Positions 35,806 through 46,818 of a stretch of 64,000 nt of DNA are shown one piece after another. Each line of letters starts with the position of its first letter. The stretch's first letter is position 1. The translations under genes were made by a program, and so were the position numbers. The notes below the pieces were generated by a model. The model was not told the DNA's origin. It saw only the letters and a list, made by a program, of their open reading frames with translations, and did no database searches. The DNA is from Dimorphilus gyrociliatus (taxonomy: Eukaryota > Animalia > Annelida): NCBI GenBank assembly GCA_904063045.1, contig CAJFCJ010000006.1:1121771-1185770 (forward strand), in the 5' to 3' direction.

Positions 35806-38800
35806 ATGATCATTTACATTGAAAGTAAAGCGTTTCCAGTAAGTTTTTATTTGACATTAAGGGGGAGAAAGAGCTCTCTATAAATTCTTTGTGACAGCAT
35901 CGAACGTTCGTCGTTCGTGTGGAAGAATTCGAAACTGTGGCGAGAATTCGTGCACAAATGCTACATTATTTGTATGAACTTCGCAGAGAAGACCACCAAT
36001 TTCGTTTGAGGTACAAGGGTGAATACCTAAGGGATTCGTACACTATCAAAGACTATGATATCCCATCGGCCTCGATTATTCGAATGATACCTTTGACAAA
36101 GAGAAATGAGGTTGTTCCATTAAAATTCAATAGAAATACATTTTTACAAACGATATAATAGTCTGTAAATGAAACTTTTTATTCTTAATAAATATAGAGT
36201 TACGGCGATCTAAGATCCTTAAGCACCTTAGATTCACCCGAAAGTGGTCACATACAAGATATACGAGATACTTTGGCTAAGGAAGTACAAGTATTCGATC
36301 AACGAGAGAATATAATAAAACACTTTCTGGTACCTATCTATTTGTCTTGCGTATTAAGAACGAATCGATAGGCTCAAAATATAATTCATTTGTTTGCAGA
36401 GTCTACAATATGTACTCTTTCTATCGGCATGCTTAGGTTTTCTAACAACCTATTGGTATTCGGGTATATGGGGTTTATTTTTGGTCTACGTTGGAGCTGT
36501 ATGGTCGCCAAGATTTACGAGATTTGGTGGATTTGTGGGAAAGAATAGTGTCCAGTAAGACAAATTATTTTTTTGTTAAAAAGTTCTATTTATCTGAAAA
36601 ACCCATATTGGATTATAGGCTTAAGTAAGGTTAATTAAAACTAGAGTGGAAAGGTTGTTTTTTGATTGAGAGCACATATGAAACACAAATGAAATTGTAT
36701 TCAACAATTTCAATATTGTTTTAAAGCAAAAAAAACAGGTACAATAGGAATTTTAGCCACGGCAAAGAAAAAAAAATGATTGTTTTTATGATCTTATTGT
36801 CAATTTTTCCATTTAATTTTGGTTTAAATGAAGAATATAATTGTACGAATTTTAATTATTTTTGCTGCAAGAATTTTAATACTTCATCGTCTCAACTGCA
36901 AAACGAAAAATTGAATTGTATTAATACAAATTGCAGTTTTCCATTAAATTGTTCTAGTAATGAAATTTGGTACGAGATAACTTGTTGCCAAAATGAATCG
37001 AAATGCAATATCTTGTCGTTTGAAGATCAATGCAAATTATTTAGATCTACTCGAAATATAATAACCCAAAATTATTCAAATATAACTACCCAAACTTCAA
37101 TGGATACAACAACTGAAACTGTAATAAATGTAACTACTACAAAAACTGGAATAAATGCAACAGACCAGACTTCAATGGACACAATAACCCAAACTGCAAT
37201 AGAAGCGTCTACCATAAAAAATGAAACAAATGCAACTGTTAGAATTGTCTCAAGTACGACAACTGCATTTAATCATTCGACAAGGGAAAGATGGGGTGAA
37301 GATAACTTATCTGAGAAATCAATAGTGACGACCGATTATTCCGTTCAAAAGACCACTTCGGTACAATTTCTTAGTTCGACCGATATACTATCGAAAGAAA
37401 TCACTTCATTTTCACTGAAAAGAGAGAAAATGAAAAATTCTGATGATGAAGTTAAATTAACGATAGTAATTGCAGTTCCTGTCGCTTCAGTAATACTCAT
37501 TCTTCTTATTGGCATAGTTATTTTCTTATTGTGCCGAGATAGATTTATGAATAAAAGACGAGGAAAAGCCAACGGATCAATGGTTTACTTTAATCAAGAG
37601 ACCTGTCATAGAATTTCAACCATCTACGATAGTATACAAATAAGCGATAGTGAAAATGATAATGCGAAATATGATGAAGTTGATACTAGTTGTAATGGAA
37701 ATCATCACCAATATCCATTTTCATTTCTAGATGGGAAAGCAGAAAATATTGAAAAAGACGATTTTACGCCTAAGAATAGTGAGAACAACGGAAGTCCCTC
37801 CTACGTAGAACGATTCTGAATCAATTAAACAAAGCAGAATTTTATCAATTTTTAACCCAGAAAACAATCATTTTTATTTCTATCTATATATCTTTATTTA
37901 ATTGTATTTTATATTTAAATTTTATACATAACTCTATATCTTAAAGAGAACTAGACTTTTTATACTTTTTAAATAAAAGATATTATATTTTTATATATAA
38001 ATACAAAACAGTAAGAATATCTTCTGCATCATCTATGGAACGCTTGCCTTATTAGTTATGGCAGTCGACGTTTATTTTGCGTCGGCAGAAATCGTTAAGC
38101 TAGTTGTGAGTTATAATTTACAATATATACCTATATACTTTTATGAGTAATATATTTATTTTAAAATGCTTTTTCATGTTACAGAAGGATGGATGCGACG
38201 ACGCCAAGTTTGATGGGGATTGTACTCATAAAATCATTTACTCTGCAGTGTACTTTCCGGTTAATGCCATTTGTTTATTTGTCGCTTCGGTTTTTATCTG
38301 GATTCTATTCTGGAACATGAAAATTGAGGTATTTTAGACCTATTAATAGTATAATAAATATAATAAGAGTTTTATTATTGTTTACAGTACGGAGATTTTA
38401 TTGAAAAGCTACTAGTGCAAAGTCGAGATATTGAAGAACTTGTGCAACAGGCTAGAAACGGAAGGTTGATTTTATTAATATTGTGACATTGTTACAATTA
38501 AGGGGCTTTAATCTTAAAATAGTCTAATAAATTTAACAGTAATAAAGAAAAAAGGATAGCTGCCTTCGAATTAGCCACATTAGCAGCTACGAGCGACGAC
38601 AATAAATTCAAAATTGTTGCCAACGATGGCTTAGATATTCTTACTCAATTAGCTTTATCAAGAGATGAATCTACAAGAGAGCAAGCGGTCGAAGCTATTA
38701 ACGAAATGATAATGATTCCTTCTATCCAAGTAAACCAGCCTATTTTTACTCGTTTTTCACCCTGTTTTGATATTAATAGCATCTGTCATTTTGCCTGAAA

Positions 38801-39843
38801 TTAGGAATCATTTATCGAAAAAGGAGGTATAACCACTATGAGCGCCCTTCTAAGAACAAATAACTCCCGATTGGTAGCGAATGCTTCGTCAGCTATACAG
38901 ATAATTGTGTCGGAAACAGACGAAAATAAGGTTGCTTTCGCCGACAGACAAGGACTTCAAGATTTGGCATACGCCGCTAAGAGAGCTACAATTTCAACTC
39001 AACGTCTGATAGCTGCAATATTCCTGGAATTGAGTATTCACCGTGTTGTTAGAAATAAGATGACCACGACAAATCAATTATGTAAGCAAACAGTTGAAAA
39101 ATGACATTTTGCCATGAAAATGATTATATAAATGTAATAAATTATATTTCTGACAGTCGAAGCGCTAGAGGAACTCGCTCAATCGAACGATCCACAGATT
39201 CAGCGTAATGCTCTACAAACCCTCGAAATATTAGCCATGGAGAATAGCGATAGAATATGTGAAAGAGAGCAACTTCTTTTCATGTTACTTGATATTCCAT
39301 CACTAACTGTAGACGAAATCGTCTATCAGTTAACAAGTAGAATCTTGCTATATTACGCACAAAATCCTTTAACGTGTGAATCAATGCTGAATCACCCTCG
39401 TTTCAAGGAAACAATGACGGTATTCGCAAAAACTAAGGAGGTCGGCTTACAAAGATCTACTATTCGAATAATCAACTTTACCTTTGAATTGCCACATTTG
39501 AAGTGTGTACTTTTATTTTATTTACTGATTAAATATTTATCAGTGTTTATGTTTAAAAAGGGAAAAGGCTCAGAGCATCAGGATTGAAGATACATTAAAT
39601 GTTCTTAAAAAGCATTTTGCCGAGCGAGAAATCTGGGATCTGGCTGATGAGAGTAAGTAGATAAAGAGAAAACAAGACACAAAAAACATAACTCTTTATT
39701 ATCATTTAGGCTTGCGATACTTGAATGAGGAAACTACGTTGTCGCGCATTCCTAACATGACATCAAAGGAAAAAATTGCCAGGATGGATTTTAACGAGTT
39801 CGGATCAAAAGCCTCGCTAAGAAGTGGTCCAAGCTCCTCTTAA
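35806..39843 (+). CDS. Uncharacterised protein: ubiquitin-like domain, four TM helices, armadillo-type repeats (~12 exons, ~625 aa)
   Basis: Hand-spliced, phase-consistent GT-AG model. UBL segment MIIYIESK..TFVVRVEEFETVARIRAQ..FRLRYKGEYLRDSYTIKDYDIPSASIIRMI; four hydrophobic helices; ARM-like segments (KFKIVANDGLDILTQLA, FIEKGGITTMSALL, LEELAQSNDPQIQRNALQTLEILA); TAA at 39841-39843. Confidence 0.75.
36776..37819 (+). CDS. Mucin-like type I membrane protein ORF (347 aa) inside intron 36555-38011; nested gene or alternative terminal exon
   Basis: Hydrophobic N-terminus, 10-Cys domain, Thr-rich stalk, TM LTIVIAVPVASVILILLIGIVIFLLC, Tyr-containing tail; AATAAA at ~37972 inside the host intron. 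Confidence 0.8.
   Translation: MIVFMILLSIFPFNFGLNEEYNCTNFNYFCCKNFNTSSSQLQNEKLNCINTNCSFPLNCSSNEIWYEITCCQNESKCNILSFEDQCKLFRSTRNIITQNYSNITTQTSMDTTTETVINVTTTKTGINATDQTSMDTITQTAIEASTIKNETNATVRIVSSTTTAFNHSTRERWGEDNLSEKSIVTTDYSVQKTTSVQFLSSTDILSKEITSFSLKREKMKNSDDEVKLTIVIAVPVASVILILLIGIVIFLLCRDRFMNKRRGKANGSMVYFNQETCHRISTIYDSIQISDSENDNAKYDEVDTSCNGNHHQYPFSFLDGKAENIEKDDFTPKNSENNGSPSYVERF
37091..37240 (+). repeat. Two diverged 75-bp coding tandem repeats (QTSMDT..NAT)
   Basis: Units start at 37091 and 37166: QTSMDTTTETVINVTTTKTGINATD / QTSMDTITQTAIEASTIKNETNATV. Confidence 0.85.
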
Positions 39844-40187
39844 AATTATACAGTATCTTGAAATCTTGTCTTCCATTTTCCCACCTTCAAATTATTTTAG
39901 ACACTTGAACTACTGTCTTCCAATTTCTTACTCCCCTCTATCTTATAGCTCTGCTATTTTCTATATCTTCCTGTTCTTGTCCAATACCTCTTGGTCACGA
40001 ATACAGTATAATGGCATATTATAATATTTTATTTCATAATAATATCAAGCACCGAATGAAAAATCTCGAGCTTTACAGACTTTAAACATTTAAAATCACT
40101 CAAACAAAAATTTATGATTGCAAGCCAACCTCATTTTAATTATTGTCTTTGTAACCCTGTGACTAGACGAAGATAAAGGCGACTTTT

Positions 40188-43100
40188 CTATTGAGATTCG
40201 CTGTACTGGAGGCTTAAAGAACCTGTTAAAACTCGAAAATTAACTTGGTAAGATGTTGTAACGAAGAAATACTTACGAAGTTTCGCTAAACCGTGTCCAG
40301 GTATGATCGGATTACGAAGATTTGACCGTGTAGAGGGAACTTCTGGTTTATAAAAATCGGCCAATGGAGCTTTATATTCATTTTTTCTCTCTTCGCTATT
40401 TGTCTCAAAGCTTTCAAACCTCTTTCTTTCTCTGTCACGTCGCCATTTCTCCATTCTATTGCTAACAAAATCAGGCTCGTCAATTCTTGGGTTAAAAGGT
40501 GGCAGTTTGGGTTCAATTTTGGGCGACTCAATAGGAGAAACTTGAGAACCAGGCCTGCTATTTAGTTCGTCTTCTGATAAATCTTCGATTTCAGCTGACG
40601 GAGCGGACTTAGATGTTGGTACCGGAGTTGGTTTGAATGTTGACAGTGAAGGCTGGGGTATCGTTGATTTTTCTGTAAATGATGTTGGAGAAGAGCTTTG
40701 GTCGGAAACAGTTGTATCGGAATGATTTGATATCTAAGAAGCATAACATATAATTAATAATCTGTAAGAAGCCCATATTTTTATGATTAAAGAAAAATCT
40801 TACCCTTTTATAATTCTTTCCATAATATCCGGAATCGTTGAAATTAGAATTAGTACTGATGGGATTCATAGTATAGGTCTCATATATGTCATCTTTTTTC
40901 TCAATGTCGATCGGTCTAGCTAATATGTGAGCCGCCGTATTCTTTACTGAATTACTTGATTGAACAGGTGAAGGTGGAGGACGAGAAATCTCAGATCGTC
41001 TTCTCTCCTGTCCATCATTCCAGGAAAATGCTTGATCGGCTAATCTACAATTTTCGTAATCTCGCTCTTTTTCTTTGTTAGGCTGGGTTTCATAAATAAT
41101 ATCAGTTGGTTTAGGAGCGAATTTGTCAAATATTTCCGAAACATCAGGGGGAGTTTCGGAAATCTCATCGGTATCATTTGTGGTCTCGAAATTTAAATTT
41201 GTATTGCTTATAGACTCTTCAATTGTATAACTAGGAGTACTGAGCTCATATTCGCTTTCTTCTCTTTCACTGTCAATTTTTATAGTATTATATTCTTCCT
41301 CGTTGTAAATGGTATCCTGCTGCTCCTCTGACTGATCCGAGTTGACTTTTTCTGTTGAGATAGAGGGAGATTGCAATAGGTCGATTGTCTTCATAACGTC
41401 ATCAAATAAGGAATCACCAAAGTCCAACTAAAGAGGGAAAATGAAAATTTTTTTCAATTAATAATTTATTAGTCTATAAGAAAAAGCTTACGGTTAAGTC
41501 TGGTTCTCCCGGCTCTAATTTGATACCATGTTTTCTTTGTGCTTCCTCCAAGGGCATAGTTTCTAAAACAGTCTGCGCAGGTGGATCAGCTGAATAGAAA
41601 TTGTATAAATGTATCAAATTGCAAGATATATTTTAAAAAGTATCAAATTACAACCATAATTTTTTTCCTCCAACAAATTATTGTCATAATCTTCTACGTT
41701 TCCAAATTTACTTCCGTCGTAACCAACGTGAGCTTTATGTTGCATATCTGTGGGCGAGTTAATCATGTCCTTAGTAATTGGCTTCCGGGCGGATTTTTTG
41801 TCGTTGTTTTTCTTGACATCTTGGTTACTTTTTCGACCCATTTTTGTGACTTGTGAGAGAAAAGACGAGGATCTCTGAGCAACGTTGGTTCTGCCAGAAG
41901 CTTCGCGAGTAATCGAGTCAATTGGAATAGTCTCCTTATGATTGAAAAGCCCGCAGACACCAGAATTGGATACTCCCCTCCACAATCCCTCTTCAGCACC
42001 GATATTAGGGCTACAGGTACAGAAAAGTTACATTTTTAACCGCGTAAAAACACATTAAAGCTGGTCTTACCGCTTTTCGATGACTGTTATTATATCTCTC
42101 TTTCTGTAAGGTAAGTATCCTTTCGGTACTATCGTATTTGAAAAGTCACTGATGGCCTGAACTTGTTCCGGTTTTAGCTATTGTTAATAGTACTTCATTC
42201 AGAGAATTATATATTTAGAAGAGAGAAATGAACTTGTATATATACATATAATATACAACATGAAGAAGTATACGCTCAGAGATGCAGTGTACTGCACACA
42301 TTAATAGTTAATCGAAAACTGTTACGCTTTTCATTCTAGGCATACAAAACTCATTAAATACGATTCCATTTATCAAATACGTACGCAAATAGATACTAGC
42401 TGATATGCCAGCGTCCAAATAGCTATATTCTATTTATGCGCAAATACGTGAATTTTAAATAAGTTTACTCTATTGAATTACCTAATTTATTACTAATTTC
42501 AGTAAAATAAACTTACATTTTTGTTGCTCTTTTGAGTGATCTTAACAAACCTACATTTATAGTAATCAAAAAGGCTATGAGCAGGCAACGATGCGGGAAC
42601 ACGTTTAAAATGCTTTTTAAGCAACCTTTATCATTGTGCTTTCAACATTGGCTCGCTAAATTTTTAAGCCTATTTCACCTAGTTGGTGACTAATCTAATT
42701 TGAAGACTCCTAACCTGAGGCAACCACTGAAAGAGGTTGGAAAAAGTTGAACGCTTAAACGTATCTTCTTCCCAACATTGAAGAATTAGGGCATAATACT
42801 CTTTCGTGCATAATTCGGAACACGGAAGTCGCTTTCCTCCATCCAATTCGTCTATTACCTGTAAATTGAAAATCCAATTAATTCATTATGTTTTCCGTTT
42901 GGCCAAACGTTAATTATGATATAGTTTTTGGTTATTTACATAAATTATGTGCTGGAAAAAAGCTAATATAATTGTCATTAGTGGAAAAGCTAAGATGAAA
43001 GAAATTTTATTTCAGACGGCGACACCGCGGACTAAGAGAAAAGCATATTCGTTTGCAGCGCCGCTAGTAAAATTTACCCAGCAGTTCCACCACCCAGGCG

Positions 43101-45473
43101 TCTGAGGCTAAGCTTTTTTCCTATTTGTGCGTCAGCAAGAGTCTTTGCTTAAAGATACAAAACACACTAAGTAAGTAATATCATTTTGCAATACTAAATA
43201 AGGAACAGCGTAGAAAGCGTATCTTACGTAAGGATATTTCAGCTGTTTACATAAACAAAATAACTGAAATAGTTTCGAGTACTGTCTACTTTTACTGAAT
43301 GAAATTTTTTTACGTTGAAAAATAGACACTATACTACCCTAACCAAATCTAACACTCCGAATCGCTTCATTTTAATACTGTTAATCAGATCTTAAAGCTT
43401 TCCCATCTCACTATCAATCTTTTCAGATATACAATTAGAATGACACAGCTAAACGCCTACTATGAAGCCGTTCGTGAAATCGTTTCATCCGAATCAATAG
43501 CTGGATTACCATCACACCCAACGCAACTTCTTCCCCATTTGTATATTGGGGCGCTTCGCCATGCAGAATCTTTGGCCACATTAAAGCGGTATAAAATTTC
43601 CCACGTTCTTAACGTGGCCGCTCCAATTCGACATCACGCCGTCAAATCCCCGTATGAAGGTTACCAAGATGATCTCATCTATTCCGAAATACCGATAGAA
43701 GATAAAGAAAGCTATGACATCTCAAAGCATTTTCGAGAAGCATTTTCGTTTATAGATAAGACAAAGCGGAGCAATGGTATAGCTTTGGTTCATTGTCAAT
43801 TGGGCATTAACCGGTCGGCTACAATTTGCATTGCGTACTTGATGCAATATAATAGTTGGAACATTTTGAGGACAATACAATATGTTAAGGACAAAAGACA
43901 CATATTGCTAAGTAATAAAGGTTTTAGAAAACAGCTTATTAATTGGGCACGTTCTTATAATAGATTGGATTCAATTGAATCTCATCCTACCCTGAGAAAA
44001 TTATTACAGTCTAATCATCAGGAAAAGGATGAGAAAATGGATACATATAGAGGATTTTTAGCCAAGTATAAATATTAACCTGTTGCCGTGTAAAGCCAGG
44101 CCAAGGTTGATCGCCATACGAAAACATCTCCCATAGAGTCACACCAAACGCCCAAACATCGGAAGCGCTTGTAAATTTCATACTCCGTAAACACTCCGGG
44201 GCTTGCCTATGAAACGTGCGAATGGATAGAATTTCTTAACATTTGAGTGAAAAGAGAGAACAGTAATAGTTACCAGCCGATAGGAAGTCTAAGAGAAACA
44301 TCCGTATCTTCCTTGCTAATTTCTTTGTGACCAAGAGCTCTGGATCCGAAATCACAAACTTTAATTTTGTCTGGCGAGAACACAACGATGTTGTGGGTAT
44401 TTAGATTCTTGTGTACGATTTGTTTGTTTTCTAAATAAACCATAGCGTCACATATTTGAACAGCTATATCGCATAGGCGCAAGAGATGAAAGGTAAAACG
44501 TAATTCCTTATTTACTAGGCAAGAATTTAATGATCCCATAGTAGCCAGTTCAGAGACAGTCATAACGCCATCTGGTGAATTAAGAACTACTCCGTACATC
44601 TTGATGATACGTTTATGGTCGATTTGATGCATGAATGCAACTTCTTTCATCGCATCTTCTGGGGAAACTTTACCCCGAAGAGTTTTTAGAGCAACCGGTA
44701 TTTTTCCGCCTCCCTCAATGGACCACACACCTTCTTGTACCCAACCAGTCGAGCCTGATCCCAATCTACCTCCCAAAGTTAAGGACGAGTAGGGTATTAA
44801 GTGCTGTGTAACACTTGCACGAGGGAGTGGAGGACTTTTAATATCGCTGGCATTCGATCTTGTCTTCATCTGTAAGTTCATTCAATGGTCAATCAATACA
44901 TCCTTATTAGCCTCCCCCACTTTACTGCGCATGCCCAACTCTTTAACCCTGATAAATTATCCGAACAAAATACAGTATAATAAAGGAAGAAATATATGTA
45001 TATATATAAGCGTATGCGTGTGTGTATGTATGTATGAGAGCGTGTGTGTATATGGAAACAAGGCTGCGAAAAGGCGGTAGTGACTCATATCGTAAACGCA
45101 TAACAGATGCCCTTTATTCCGATTTGTGCGAGCGTCGTGCTCTCATCAGGGAATTACAAACGTCAAAATAACGATCATAGGATAACACTTACAATCCTCT
45201 TAACTTTACCAATCTTTGAGAATTCTTGCCTGTAAAATTTTCGTAGTTTCTTAATATCCACTTGAGTCATACCCATGTTAAGTAGCTCCTCATCAGTAAT
45301 CCGCTGTTATATAATTTGTCAGCGCTCTATCAGTTATAGCTTTTTGTAATTTTAAAAATTAACTTCACCTTAAGGTCATGCACGTCCTGCGTCTCAAAGG
45401 AGCCATAATAGCGGACAAGACCTAAATGACTGAGAAAAGTGTATAGATCTTTGGATATGTCCGGCGAGGTCAT
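40188..45473 (-). CDS. Ack-family (Ack-like/PR2-type) non-receptor tyrosine kinase, SAM-kinase-SH3-CRIB; predicted pseudokinase
   Basis: SAM-like exons from ATG 45473; kinase with [37 protein letters not shown]; SH3 exons ([19 protein letters not shown]); [21 protein letters not shown]; Pro/Ser-rich tail with stop at 40188. Confidence 0.85.
43440..44078 (+). CDS. Atypical dual-specificity protein phosphatase nested antisense in the kinase gene
   Basis: [18 protein letters not shown], general-acid IED, intact [13 protein letters not shown]-loop, [16 protein letters not shown]. Single coding exon; a possible 5' UTR intron spans 43171-43426. Confidence 0.93.
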   Translation: MTQLNAYYEAVREIVSSESIAGLPSHPTQLLPHLYIGALRHAESLATLKRYKISHVLNVAAPIRHHAVKSPYEGYQDDLIYSEIPIEDKESYDISKHFREAFSFIDKTKRSNGIALVHCQLGINRSATICIAYLMQYNSWNILRTIQYVKDKRHILLSNKGFRKQLINWARSYNRLDSIESHPTLRKLLQSNHQEKDEKMDTYRGFLAKYKY

Positions 45474-46088
45474 TCTGAAAAAGGAATCGTTTCATTGTAT
45501 TAGATTACTTCTCACAGCTGCATATTTAGCGAAAAAATAAACAGGATACTTTTAAGTTTGTCACTTCAAATCTGTTATCAGCAAATCTATCATAAAATAT
45601 GGGCTGTTAAAAAGCCTTGAGTACAAAAACAGTAATCAGGTATGCTGAAATCGGTTTGAAATCAAAAAATAAACTAGAATAGTTCTGCTGGTGGTCCTAT
45701 CAAACGTAATACGATGAAAAATGTCAATTTGATTGGACAGGCGCCAAAAATTTAAAATCTTGTAACGCTACGATTAGCATTTTAGTATCAGGTCATATTT
45801 CATTTATCGTCTGTAATTATACCGAACCAAAACAAGTTTAACATTCTAATTTATTCTACAGAGCCGAATCTTACCTCAAACACTGCCTTTCTTATTTCAT
45901 TCCTGAATATATTGACAATCAGAGACGAACACAAATTTCTGTCGATAAAAACGTAGATATCTGCCAATCAACAATTGCCTCCTTCAGATAAGTAGAGTAT
46001 TTTAGTCTTGTAGCACTGCCTGTTGTGAGTTAAAAATTTTATTTGATTTCAATCACATCACAATTAGCTCCTGGTAAAATACTTTCGA

Positions 46089-46134
46089 TGAGTCATGCAA
46101 ATACGCTTGATTGATTTGCATCACTGAACACGTG
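46089..46134. promoter_or_regulatory. Dense motif cluster: AP-1, two inverted octamers, E-box
   Basis: TGAGTCA 46089-95, ATGCAAAT 46095-102, ATTTGCAT 46114-121, CACGTG 46129-134; upstream of a candidate 5' UTR exon of the kinase gene (donor at ~45873). Confidence 0.45.
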
Positions 46135-46818
46135 TGTTAAAGATTTTATTAACATTAATATATCGGTCAAAGAATAAATATTCAACAATAATATTTTGTT
46201 TTATTCACAAACGTCTACTTGCGTGAATTTTGGGAGAATTTTAAGAAAAGAACAAGAAAATGGAAAGCGTTCCCTAACTAAGCCTAATCGAGAAGCAAAA
46301 TCGATACGCCGACTGTCTATTTATGTGCAAATGCTGCACCCAGAATCAGCATTTGTTAATTTCTTTCACACGAAAGTTTAGTAAATAAAGTAATTAACCA
46401 ACCTGTATTATAAAAATAGTCCTTTTCCCAATAGTTACCTTATTAAACAATTGAAAATGTAATAAAATCCAACGTATTACTAAACCGGATATCTATTACG
46501 CTCATGCGCAAAGCGCGCAATTGTAAATCTTCTTCACGAAAGATCTGAAAATTTTTGGCGCTATCTATTCAAAAACTATCAAATTTAATTTTCTATTTAT
46601 ATTTGATTAAAAATTCTTTCAAAGTCTAAACAAATTTCCGAATAGTAAAAATGAAACAGATTTTGTATTTAAGCATTGTTGAACGAGATTCCTAACGAGC
46701 AAATTAAAATTTTTCAGGAATTGTTTTGGTTTAAAAAAGTTGAAACATTTCGCATTGTATAAATTAAGTAAAACGAAAAAAGGCCACTGCAACAAAAAGT
46801 AGATCAATTAAAACAGAT

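Noticed and set aside
42108-42118. ATACTTACCT match to the U1 snRNA 5' end on the minus strand
   Set aside because: Lies within the SH3 coding exon (GYLPY) with no downstream U1 structure or Sm site.
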